Part shown: piece by piece, positions 15,994-23,721 of the stretch
How positions within the stretch are numbered: the stretch's first letter is position 1
Layout of the letters: each line of letters opens with the position of its first letter
From: Stellaceae bacterium
GTDB taxonomy: Bacteria > Pseudomonadota > Alphaproteobacteria > ATCC43930 > CGMCC-115725
Assembly (NCBI GenBank): GCA_036501365.1
Contig: DASYAL010000060.1
Location: 151,185 to 175,184, forward strand
Reading direction: 5' to 3'
Length of the DNA stretch: 24,000 nt
The notes under the pieces: generated by a model
What the model saw: the letters and a program-made list of their open reading frames with translations, nothing else
Databases searched by the model: none
Told to the model about the DNA's origin: nothing
Made by a program: the position numbers and the translations under genes

Positions 15994-17343
15994 TTACTTC
16001 GCGGCGCTCTTGGCTGCGGGAGCCTCCGCCGGCTGCTTGCCGGTGTAGCGCATGATCCAGAGACCCCATTTGTCGTCGTTCATATAGATGTTGCCGCGGG
16101 TGTCGACGGCAATTTCCTCGCTCCAATTGATCGGCGAGGCATGGGCGCCGCTGGCCGCCTTCGCATCTTTCCGCTCAGGCGGAATGAAAGAGCCGAGCTC
16201 GGTCGGCTGGCGTGCATCGCTGACGTCGAAGACGCGCAAGCCGGCATTGAACCACGCGACTTCCATCACGTTGTTCGGCTTCTGGATCGCGGCGGCGTTG
16301 TGGATTTCCTGGCTTGTGTTATGGGGGCCGAAGCGGCCGCCCTTGTCGCAGAAATCGGCATAGGGCAGGCCTTTCGGCGGCCGCGGCGTCGGAAAGACCG
16401 AGATCAGCCGTGGATGCGCCGGGTCGCTGTTGTCGATGAAGCCGGCGAAATTCATGCCGTCGTCCTTGCATTCCGGCTTCTGCGCCTCCGAGCTGACATA
16501 GAGCAGCTTGCGGTCCCAATAGGGCAGCACCGTATGCACCGACTGCATGCCGACGCTGGCGAAAGGCTCGGTGATGTGGAGCTTGCCGATCAGTTTCGGA
16601 TGGGTGGGATCGCTGATATCGAGGTTGACGACGTCGGGCGTGTAGCCGGTCGAGATCATCTTGCCGTCGGGGCTGACATTGGCGGGGCCGTGGAAGCCTT
16701 CGGGGAATTCGGCCGCCGGCTCGCCGTCCTTCTGGCCGGGTTGCCACCATTTGCCGACCTCTTTGGGATGCGCCGGATCGCTGACGTCGAGGATGACGAG
16801 GATGTTCGCCTTGAAGCCGGGATAGCTGGTCGAGAGATAGGCGTAGCGGCCGCCGGGATAGGAGTTGCGATGCGCGCCGGTAGCGCCGCCCTGCCACGAT
16901 CCGACCTGCACCGGATTCTCCGGATCGTGAATGTCCCAAAGCAGCACCGCCGGCAACGGGTTCTTCTGCGGCGTGAAGCTGTTCAGCGAGGTGATCATCA
17001 GATCGTCGTGCAGCGTCACCTGGGCAGTGATGATGCTGGGGTCGTCGGTCTTGAAGGGAATGAACTTCACATAGCGCGGCTTCGTCGGATCGGTGACGTC
17101 GACGATGCTCCAGCCCTGATCGAAGGACTGACCGGAATAGAGATACCACTTGTCGTTTGCGGTGTGCTTGATCGCGATCTTGAAGCCGCCCGGATGTCCG
17201 CCGAGCCCCGAAAATCCGAGCACTTTTACATGCTCACCCTGGCCGCCCGGCGGGATCGGGTCGGCCGTGGCGATGCTTGCCGCAAAAGCCAGCGCGCTGG
17301 CGCCAAGCAAGGCGCGACCCAATGTTTTCGCGAAGCCTATCAC
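15994..17343 (-). CDS. Secreted LVIVD-repeat beta-propeller protein of unknown function
   Basis: GTG start at 17343 preceded by GGGGAGGAATTAA. Signal peptide: MIGFAKTLGRALLGASALAFAASIATA. Recurrent LVIVD-type repeats: WSIVDVTDPTKPRYV, ILVILDVSDPAHPKEV, VVNLDISDPTHPKLI, GFIDNSDPAHPRLI, LRVFDVSDARQPTEL. Confidence 0.85.
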   Translation of the reverse strand: MIGFAKTLGRALLGASALAFAASIATADPIPPGGQGEHVKVLGFSGLGGHPGGFKIAIKHTANDKWYLYSGQSFDQGWSIVDVTDPTKPRYVKFIPFKTDDPSIITAQVTLHDDLMITSLNSFTPQKNPLPAVLLWDIHDPENPVQVGSWQGGATGAHRNSYPGGRYAYLSTSYPGFKANILVILDVSDPAHPKEVGKWWQPGQKDGEPAAEFPEGFHGPANVSPDGKMISTGYTPDVVNLDISDPTHPKLIGKLHITEPFASVGMQSVHTVLPYWDRKLLYVSSEAQKPECKDDGMNFAGFIDNSDPAHPRLISVFPTPRPPKGLPYADFCDKGGRFGPHNTSQEIHNAAAIQKPNNVMEVAWFNAGLRVFDVSDARQPTELGSFIPPERKDAKAASGAHASPINWSEEIAVDTRGNIYMNDDKWGLWIMRYTGKQPAEAPAAKSAAK

Positions 17344-17448
17344 TTAATTCCTCCCCAAAAGTCGCGCCGAATGCGCGATCCGTCGTTCGCGCTAAGTTGA
17401 CAGGTTCGAGCGTGCCGTGCAACGTCCCGCGCAGCCGAGGAGAAGCGC

Positions 17449-18753
17449 ATGGCGACGAAGAAGCAGCCCGAGCCCAAGATCATCGCGCCCAGCGATATCG
17501 ATCCGCGCCACGATTGGACGCGACCGATCATGGCTCTCGGACCGACGGCGGTCGATTTCGAGGAACGCATCGACTTCCGCCGCCTGCATCGCTATCGGCT
17601 CGGCCGCACGCGTCAGGCGCTGGCGACGTCGGGGCTCGGCTCGCTGCTCGTCTTCGACCAGTACAATATCCGCTACATCACCTCGACGGTGATCGGCAAT
17701 TGGGCACGCGACAAGTTCACGCGCTATGCGCTCTTGGCCAGCGATGCCGAGCCGCATCTCTGGGATTTCGGCTCGGCGGCGAAGCACCACAGGCTCCATG
17801 CGCCGTGGCTGCCGCAGCACAATTGCCATGCCGGCATGCTCGGCCTCCGCGGCGCCATCCATCCGAAGATCGGGCTGATGCGCTCGGCTGCCGAGGAGAT
17901 CAAGTCGATCCTCCAAGAGCACGGCGTCGCCGACCAGCCGGTCGGCGTCGACGTCGTCGAGCCGGCGATGCTCTTTGAGCTGCAAGAGGTCGGACTCAAG
18001 GTCCGCGACGGCCAGCAGGTAATGCTCGATGCGCGCGAATTGAAGAGCGCCGACGAGATATCGCTCTTGAACATGTCGGCGGCGCTCGTCGATGGCTGCT
18101 ATCAGACGATCGCCGAGAACCTCAAGCCCGGCATCCGCGAGAACGAGGTCGTCGCGCTCGCCAACAAGCGGCTCTACGAATTGGGCTCCGACGACGTCGA
18201 GGCGATCAACGCGATCTCCGGCGAGCGTTGTTCGCCGCACCCGCATAACTTCACCGACCGGCTGATCCGGCCGGGCGATCAGGCATTCTTCGACATCATC
18301 CAGAGCTTCAACGGCTATCGCACCTGCTATTACCGGACGTTCAATGTCGGACGCGCGACCGATGCGCAGAGGGACGCCTATAAGCGCGCGCGCGAGTGGA
18401 TCGACAAGGCGATCGCGCTGGTGAAGCCCGGCGTCTCGACCGACAAGATTGCCGCCTGCTGGCCCAAGGCCGAGGAGATCGGATTCTCGAGCGAGATGGA
18501 GGCGTTCGGCCTGCTTTTCGGCCATGGCCTCGGCCTCGGCCTGCACGAGCGGCCGATCATCTCGCGACTCAATTCCTTCGCCGAGCCGATGGAGATCAAG
18601 GCCGGGATGGTGTTTGCGCTCGAGACCTATTGCCCGGCCGCCGACGGCTATTCGGCGGCGCGCATCGAGGAAGAGGTGGTGTGCACGCCCAACGGCGCCA
18701 AGGTCATCACGCTCTACCCGGCGGAAGAGCTGCCGATCGCCAATCCCTACTGA
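17449..18753 (+). CDS. M24 family (creatinase/prolidase fold) metallohydrolase-like protein
   Basis: SD GAGGAGAAG (17437-17445). Creatinase_N-like N-terminal half (SLLVFDQYNIRYITS). C-terminal pita-bread motifs: GDQAFFDII...GYRTCYYRTF, FGHGLGLGLHERP, GMVFALETY, ARIEEEVVCT. Confidence 0.88.
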   Translation: MATKKQPEPKIIAPSDIDPRHDWTRPIMALGPTAVDFEERIDFRRLHRYRLGRTRQALATSGLGSLLVFDQYNIRYITSTVIGNWARDKFTRYALLASDAEPHLWDFGSAAKHHRLHAPWLPQHNCHAGMLGLRGAIHPKIGLMRSAAEEIKSILQEHGVADQPVGVDVVEPAMLFELQEVGLKVRDGQQVMLDARELKSADEISLLNMSAALVDGCYQTIAENLKPGIRENEVVALANKRLYELGSDDVEAINAISGERCSPHPHNFTDRLIRPGDQAFFDIIQSFNGYRTCYYRTFNVGRATDAQRDAYKRAREWIDKAIALVKPGVSTDKIAACWPKAEEIGFSSEMEAFGLLFGHGLGLGLHERPIISRLNSFAEPMEIKAGMVFALETYCPAADGYSAARIEEEVVCTPNGAKVITLYPAEELPIANPY

Positions 18754-18788
18754 TCGACGCGAGCTTCATCTCGCGGGCTACAGGTCGC

Positions 18789-19259
18789 TCAGAGCTTGCG
18801 GCCGAGATAGCGTTCGACTTGCCGTTGCTCCCATGCCGCGTTGAAGAACGGGATTTTGTCAAAGACCTTCAGGCCATGGAGCAGAAGGCCCAATCCCCAG
18901 CCCAACGCCACCCAGCCGGCCCAGAAGTAATGCCGATAGAAGATGACATTGAGAATGCTCAACCCCCCAACCACCACGGCATATTGGCTGAGATGGATGT
19001 AAAAGGCTTTGACGCGGCGAACATGGGCCAGCGCCAGCGCTTCTTCGGGCGTCACTCTTGGATTTTGAGAGGTGCTCACGTCGCGCTCCTGTAATTCCGA
19101 GAAGTCGATTTCGAACACGGCTCCGAGAGCCTTGAGGGATTCGACACTGGCCTTGCTCCCGCGCTCAATCCGCTGAACGGTGCGGACGCTGAGGCCGCTG
19201 AGCTCGGCGAGTTGTTCTTGCGACCAGCCCCGCTGGAGCCGGAGTTTCTGAACGAGCAT
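18789..19259 (-). CDS. XRE-family HTH regulator fused to a C-terminal two-TM (2TM-type) membrane domain
   Basis: HTH: LRLQRGWSQEQLAELSGLSVRTVQRIERG. C-terminal hydrophobic hairpin: AFYIHLSQYAVVVGGLSILNVIFYRHYFWAGWVALGWGLGLLLHGLKVF. ATG 19259 is preceded by GGGGAAAG. An in-frame GTG at 19280 is an alternative start. Confidence 0.85.
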   Translation of the reverse strand: MLVQKLRLQRGWSQEQLAELSGLSVRTVQRIERGSKASVESLKALGAVFEIDFSELQERDVSTSQNPRVTPEEALALAHVRRVKAFYIHLSQYAVVVGGLSILNVIFYRHYFWAGWVALGWGLGLLLHGLKVFDKIPFFNAAWEQRQVERYLGRKL

Positions 19260-19410
19260 GGATAATCTTTCCCCGCTCACGAATGGTAGTGAGGATGATC
19301 TCCGAAAAACACGTCACGGACCTGACATTTTGCCGCCGCCAAGCGACAGACGCGGGATTTGTCGCCGTTCCGTCCCCGTCAGTCGCCGACCGGCGGCGCC
19401 GACTTCCTAC

Positions 19411-20553
19411 CTAAACCCGCCGGAATCCCCGCGGGGCGGTGTGCAGCCGCTCGATCCCGGTCTTGGTGATCAACACGCATTCGCCGGTTTGGACGCCGGC
19501 CTTGCCGTCGCGTGTCACGACATTGGGTTGGATCACTACCATCATCCCAGCCTCGAAGATCAGCTCGGGTAGCTTGCCGGCGGGCCGGCTTTTCGAGCCG
19601 ATGATCGGTGGCAGATAGCCGCCGCCATAGCCATGCATCACGTCGTCGTCGGTGGTGAAGCCGGCTTGCTCGATCACCGCTGAGGCGGCGACCACGTCGG
19701 CGGGCGTCGCGCCCTCGCGCAGCGTCGCGGCGATCGCATCGAAGGCGGCCTCGGCCGCGGCGTGGAGATCGCGATAGAGCGGCGTCGGTTCGGCATCGAC
19801 GGTAAAGCTCCGGAGCACCTGGCCCGAATAGTCCCAGAAGGCGGCGCTGATTTCCGTGAAGACGATGTCGCCGCGCGCGAGGCGGCGCGTCGAGGGGAAT
19901 TGCCGCGGTACGCTGCAATCCGGCGCCGCCATCGCCGTGGCGCCGATGAAATGGATGACGTTGGTGCCGCCATAGGGCAGATAGGACGCCTCGATCGCCG
20001 CGCCCAATTCGCGCTCGGTCGCACCGGGGCGGATCGCCGCCGCGAGCGCGGCGAGGCCGCGATCGGATAACAGCGCGCCGAGGCGATACCACGCGATCTC
20101 CTCCGCCGACTTGAACAGCCGGCGCTGCATATAGGCACCGCCGAGATCGGCGAGCCGGCCGAAGCGCTCGGCGAGCTGCGCATGCAGACGATAGGAGAGC
20201 GGGCCAATGAAACCGACGCGGTCGCGCTTGGCGCCGCGGTTTTCCAATTCGGCGAGCGCGGCGCCGATGCCGAAATCGCCGCCCCATCCTACGTCGGCAT
20301 CGCTCGCGATCCGGCGCGCTAACGCGACGTGGTTGTGATACTGGATGAAGAGCGCGTGGCGCTCTCCGGGCGAGACGACGCAGCTCGCCTCGGCAGTGGT
20401 CGGCCAATGCGCGAAATAGGGCACGGCATTGCCGGCGCGGTTGACGCCGTAGAGCAGCACGTGATCGACGCCCGCCGCGGCCATCAGCTCGTCGAGCATG
20501 GTGCGGCGGCGCTGCATCTCGGCGGCGGAGAACCGCGGATAGGGCGCTTCCAT
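19411..20553 (-). CDS. M24/creatinase-fold protein with non-canonical (largely lost) metal-ligand positions
   Basis: Creatinase_N-like start: MEAPYPRFSAAEMQRRRTMLDELMAAAGVDHVLLYG. Pita-bread region: RGDIVFTEISAAFWDYSGQVLRSF, VMHGYGGGY, GMMVVIQPNV, GVQTGECVLITKTG. The start is uncertain; in-frame ATGs also occur at 20613 and 20658, and the ORF track extends to 20712. Confidence 0.8.
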   Translation of the reverse strand: MEAPYPRFSAAEMQRRRTMLDELMAAAGVDHVLLYGVNRAGNAVPYFAHWPTTAEASCVVSPGERHALFIQYHNHVALARRIASDADVGWGGDFGIGAALAELENRGAKRDRVGFIGPLSYRLHAQLAERFGRLADLGGAYMQRRLFKSAEEIAWYRLGALLSDRGLAALAAAIRPGATERELGAAIEASYLPYGGTNVIHFIGATAMAAPDCSVPRQFPSTRRLARGDIVFTEISAAFWDYSGQVLRSFTVDAEPTPLYRDLHAAAEAAFDAIAATLREGATPADVVAASAVIEQAGFTTDDDVMHGYGGGYLPPIIGSKSRPAGKLPELIFEAGMMVVIQPNVVTRDGKAGVQTGECVLITKTGIERLHTAPRGFRRV

Positions 20554-20656
20554 GACCGGGCGTAATTCCGGTGGAAGCTCCGGCGGGCATAGGGGTTGAA
20601 GCGCTTCGGCCATGCAGCTAGAGCTTTCGCAGAACGAGGCGAGGGGAAGCGCAACC

Positions 20657-21592
20657 ATGGCATCCGGGTTGAAGGAGCACAAGATCGGCTGGATCGGCGC
20701 GGGCGGCCGCATGGGCTATGCGATGGCCGAGCGTCTCGCCAAGGCGGGCGCCGATGTCGCCGTGTGGAACCGGACCCGCGCCAAAGCCGAGCCGCTTGCC
20801 AAAAGCGGCTGCAGCATCGTCGACAATCCTGCAGCGCTGGCCGGCCGCGATATCGTCTTCATCACCGTTGCCGCCTCGCACGATCTCGAGGAGGTGACGC
20901 TCGGGCCGAGCGGCGTGCTCTCCGCGAACCAGCAGCCGAAAATCGTCATCGACAGTTCGACCGTCTCGGAAGAAGCCTCGGCGACGGTGCGTAGGGCGGC
21001 GAAGAAGCGCGGTGTCGAGATGCTGGCGGCGCCGGTCAGCGGCAATGCCAAAGTGGTGAAGGCCGGAAAGCTCAGCTTCGTCGTCTCGGGGCCGCGCACG
21101 GCTTACGAGACGGCGCTGCCCTATCTCGACGCGCTGGGCAAGGGCGCTTCCTATGTCGGCGAGGACGAGCGCGCGCGTCTCGTGAAGATCTGCCACAACG
21201 TCTTTCTCGGTGTCGTCATCCAGTCGCTGGTCGAGGTGACGGTGCTGGCCGAGAAAGGCGGCGTGCCGCGCCACGCTTTCCTCGATTTCATCAACAAAAG
21301 CGTGATGGGCTCGACCTTCTCCCGCTACAAATCGCCGGCGCTGGTCAATCTCGATTTCGCGCCGACCTTCACGCCGGTGCTGTTGAAGAAGGATCTCGAC
21401 CTCGGTCTCGACGCCGCCGAGCGTACTGGCGCCTCTATGCCGGTGACGGCGCTCGCGCGCGAGATGGTGCAGAGCCTTATCGCCCGCGGCCATGTCAACG
21501 ACGATTTCGCGACTCTAATCCTGCAGCAGGCCGAGGCCTCGGGCCTCAAGCTCGTTTCCGAAAACGTCGCCGTCGACGACGGCTTGCATTAA
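20657..21592 (+). CDS. NAD(P)-dependent beta-hydroxyacid dehydrogenase (3-hydroxyisobutyrate dehydrogenase family)
   Basis: SD GAGGGGAAG upstream of ATG 20657. Rossmann motif: KIGWIGAGGRMGYAMAERLAKAGADVAVWNRT. Family-typical: MLAAPVSGN, SFVVSGP, VKICHNVFLG, LLKKDLDLGLDAA. Confidence 0.88.
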   Translation: MASGLKEHKIGWIGAGGRMGYAMAERLAKAGADVAVWNRTRAKAEPLAKSGCSIVDNPAALAGRDIVFITVAASHDLEEVTLGPSGVLSANQQPKIVIDSSTVSEEASATVRRAAKKRGVEMLAAPVSGNAKVVKAGKLSFVVSGPRTAYETALPYLDALGKGASYVGEDERARLVKICHNVFLGVVIQSLVEVTVLAEKGGVPRHAFLDFINKSVMGSTFSRYKSPALVNLDFAPTFTPVLLKKDLDLGLDAAERTGASMPVTALAREMVQSLIARGHVNDDFATLILQQAEASGLKLVSENVAVDDGLH

Positions 21593-21597
21593 AGATT

Positions 21598-21642
21598 CTG
21601 CTCGCGCGGCCACCGCCTAGCCAACCTAGGCAGCGCGAGCAG
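21598..21642. terminator. Compound GC-rich hairpin between convergent genes (candidate bidirectional terminator)
   Basis: Outer 10-bp perfect stem ctgctcgcgc (21598-21607) / gcgcgagcag (21633-21642). Inner 6-bp stem gcctag (21615-21620) / ctaggc (21626-21631). No clear U-tract on either side. A second hairpin, gtcgcg/cgcgac, lies at 21650-21669. Confidence 0.45.
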
Positions 21643-21675
21643 GGTTGGTGTCGCGGCTGTGAGCGCGACCTTAAA

Positions 21676-22872
21676 TTAGAGCATCACCGCTTCCGCCGGC
21701 AGGCCGAGGGCGATACGGCCCCATTGCGTGCCGTTGACGTCCCAACTCAGCGCGTAATGCGCGTTGGCGGCGTGGGCGTCACGGAAGGCGCGCTGGATCG
21801 GCTGATCGAGATAAACCCCACCGCCGCCGGTCGCGGCGAAAAGCTGGTTGACCGCCTCGGTGCAGAGCGAGGCGGCATAGGCGCCGTCGCGGCGCCAGCG
21901 CGCTTTCTGTTCGATGGTCGGCGGCACGCCGGCAGCGGTGATCGCTATCGCTTCATCGCAATCCTTGAGCATCAGCGCCTCGGCGGTATCGGCCAAGGCC
22001 GATGCCTCGCCCAGCTTCAATTGAAGATTCGCGAGATCGGCAAGGCGGCGTCCCGAATAGGTCGCGATTCGAGAATGTATCTGGCGCGTGAAATCGCCGA
22101 TCGCGCCGCGCGCGAGACCAAGCGACACGCCGCTGACGACGAAGGCGAAAAGTCCCAAGACCGGCAGCTTATAGAGTGGCGCCGGGTTGACGACGCAGCC
22201 GGGAGCGGTGCCGCCGCCGACCAGCGCCGAGAGGGGCAGAGTGCGATGCGCCGGCACAAAGACATCCTTCATCTCGATGTCCTTGCTGCCGGTGCCGCGC
22301 AACCCGGTGGCGAACCAGGTGTCGATGACGCGGTAACCGTCGGCGCGTACCAGGAAGCAGCGCTGCTCGACCGGCTTGTCCTTCGTGTCGTGGACGATGC
22401 CGCCGACGAAATTCCAACGCGACGGATCGACGCCGCTCGAGAACGGCCAACGCCCGCTGAGGATGTAGCCGTCGCTCACCGCCGTGGCTTTGCCGCCTGG
22501 GAACACCAGCGCCGAGCCGATCAGGTGGTCGGGCGATTCGCCCCAAACCTCGTCCTGCGCCTCGCCCGGCCACATCGCCAGCATCCAATGATGGCTGGCG
22601 AGGTTGGCGACGACCCACGAGGTCGAGCCGCAACCTTCGGCGAGGATCGCGCTAAGCTCGACCAGCGCGCGATAGGGCAGCTCGCTGCCACCGACGCGCT
22701 GCGGTTGCAGCATGCGGAAGAGCCCGCTCTTGTGCAGCTCGGCGATGGTCTCGTCGGGCACGCGGCGCAACGCCTCGCATTCCGTGGCGCGCGCACGCAA
22801 ATCCGGCACCAGCGCGCGAGCCCGCGCGCGCAGCATCGCGAAAGACGGCGGCGCGGCGGCCGCATCCGCCAT
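21676..22872 (-). CDS. Acyl-CoA dehydrogenase-fold flavin-dependent monooxygenase (two-component oxygenase subunit type)
   Basis: 398 aa. The N-terminal RARALVPDLRARATECEALRRVPDETIAELHKSGLFRMLQPQRVGGSE is characteristic of the HsaA/C2-HpaH-like group of ACAD-fold oxygenases. GSTSWVVANLASHHWML and the C-terminal QRAFRDAHAANAHYAL are also present. Confidence 0.85.
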   Translation of the reverse strand: MADAAAAPPSFAMLRARARALVPDLRARATECEALRRVPDETIAELHKSGLFRMLQPQRVGGSELPYRALVELSAILAEGCGSTSWVVANLASHHWMLAMWPGEAQDEVWGESPDHLIGSALVFPGGKATAVSDGYILSGRWPFSSGVDPSRWNFVGGIVHDTKDKPVEQRCFLVRADGYRVIDTWFATGLRGTGSKDIEMKDVFVPAHRTLPLSALVGGGTAPGCVVNPAPLYKLPVLGLFAFVVSGVSLGLARGAIGDFTRQIHSRIATYSGRRLADLANLQLKLGEASALADTAEALMLKDCDEAIAITAAGVPPTIEQKARWRRDGAYAASLCTEAVNQLFAATGGGGVYLDQPIQRAFRDAHAANAHYALSWDVNGTQWGRIALGLPAEAVML

Positions 22873-22873
22873 G

Positions 22874-23590
22874 TCAGTCGCTCGCCAGCTTCATCGCTTG
22901 CGGCGCGGCGAGATGTGCGGCGATCAGCGCTGGGGCGGAGGCCATGAAGCTGCGCACCCGGGCCGCCATGACGAGCTCGATATCGGCGGGCGTCGGCAGA
23001 CCGAAAAGCCAGCGCCGCTGGCCGATATAAAACTGCATCGCATGCATGCCCCAGATCTGCTCGTGCTCGAATTCAGTCAGCGGGACTTCTTCGAGCGACG
23101 GCAGGCCGTAATCGTGGCGCACCTCGCGCGCGATGTGCGGGAACAATTCTTCGCGATTGCGGGCAACGAAGCGGACATGGTGGGGCAAGCCATCCAGTCC
23201 TGAGAACGCGAACAGCCGGACCCATTCGTAATTGTGCATGGTGTTCACGTAGTCGCTATAGAAAGCGAGCAACCGCTCTTGAAGGCCTTGACGGCGGTCG
23301 CCGATCCATTCGGCCCACTGCGGATTCCAATAATCGCCGAACCATTTCTGATAGACGCGCTCGATCAGGACGTCCTTGCTCGGGAAATAACGATAAATCA
23401 AGGACTGGGTGACGCCGAGCCGGCGCGCGAGCTCGCGAGTTTCGCCGCCGAGGCCGCGTTCGGCGAAGAAGCGCATCGCATTGTCGAGGATGAGGCGCTC
23501 GCGGTCTTGCGGCGCCATGCGGTGACGCGCCTTGGCCGCCGCAGCGGACGGCGCTGCGCTCGGTTTTTGCTGCTTGATTTGTCGTGCCAC
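22874..23590 (-). CDS. TetR/AcrR family transcriptional regulator
   Basis: HTH: RERLILDNAMRFFAERGLGGETRELARRLGVTQSLIYRYFPSKDVL. The stop is 1 nt from the downstream monooxygenase start. The GTG at 23590 gives an Ala/Lys-rich extension; the ATG at 23518 (MAPQDRERL) is an equally plausible start. Confidence 0.85.
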   Translation of the reverse strand: MARQIKQQKPSAAPSAAAAKARHRMAPQDRERLILDNAMRFFAERGLGGETRELARRLGVTQSLIYRYFPSKDVLIERVYQKWFGDYWNPQWAEWIGDRRQGLQERLLAFYSDYVNTMHNYEWVRLFAFSGLDGLPHHVRFVARNREELFPHIAREVRHDYGLPSLEEVPLTEFEHEQIWGMHAMQFYIGQRRWLFGLPTPADIELVMAARVRSFMASAPALIAAHLAAPQAMKLASD

Positions 23591-23677
23591 GCGCGCCGAT
23601 CCATCCGCTCGCTTGCTGCGCGCACCTTAGAGACCATCCGCAGTCGCGGCAAGCTGGACGGCATCGGAAAAAAATCA

Positions 23678-23703
23678 TACGTTACCGCCCAATAATCAAC
23701 GTA
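23678..23703. promoter_or_regulatory. Inverted repeat TACGTT-N14-AACGTA in the divergent TetR / binding-protein intergenic region; operator candidate
   Basis: Read directly: 23678-23683 tacgtt and 23698-23703 aacgta. It lies in the only AT-rich patch of the intergenic region, 19 nt upstream of ATG 23722. The arms are short, so chance occurrence is possible. Confidence 0.3.
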
Positions 23704-23721
23704 CTTTTTGGGGAGGTTGTC

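Noticed and set aside
17449-18753. Considered calling the first M24 protein a DddP-type DMSP lyase.
   Set aside because: It shares only general creatinase_N/M24 features. The Asp-rich metal site I recall for DddP is not reproduced (there is a Cys at the second ligand position). Without a search, the assignment would be a guess.
18758-18775. Hairpin cgcgag-cttcat-ctcgcg between the convergent M24 and XRE genes.
   Set aside because: It has a 6-bp stem with no U-tract on either strand. It may help termination, but the evidence is too weak to annotate it as a terminator.
19343-19365. Hairpin gcgaca-N11-tgtcgc, and the 7-nt direct repeat cgccgac (19384-19390 and 19397-19403), downstream of the second M24 gene.
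   Set aside because: The stem is short, the loop is large and there is no U-tract. A 7-nt GC-rich repeat is expected by chance at this composition.
19258-19572. 104-aa plus-strand ORF starting opposite the XRE gene start.
   Set aside because: It runs antisense into the 3' end of the M24-like gene, has no SD and has no recognisable motifs, so it is probably spurious.
20596-20624. TTGAAG-N17-TAGAGC as a promoter for the dehydrogenase gene in the divergent region 20554-20656.
   Set aside because: The -10 hexamer is poor and there is no supporting evidence. The start of the divergent M24-like gene is also uncertain, so the element may lie inside coding sequence.
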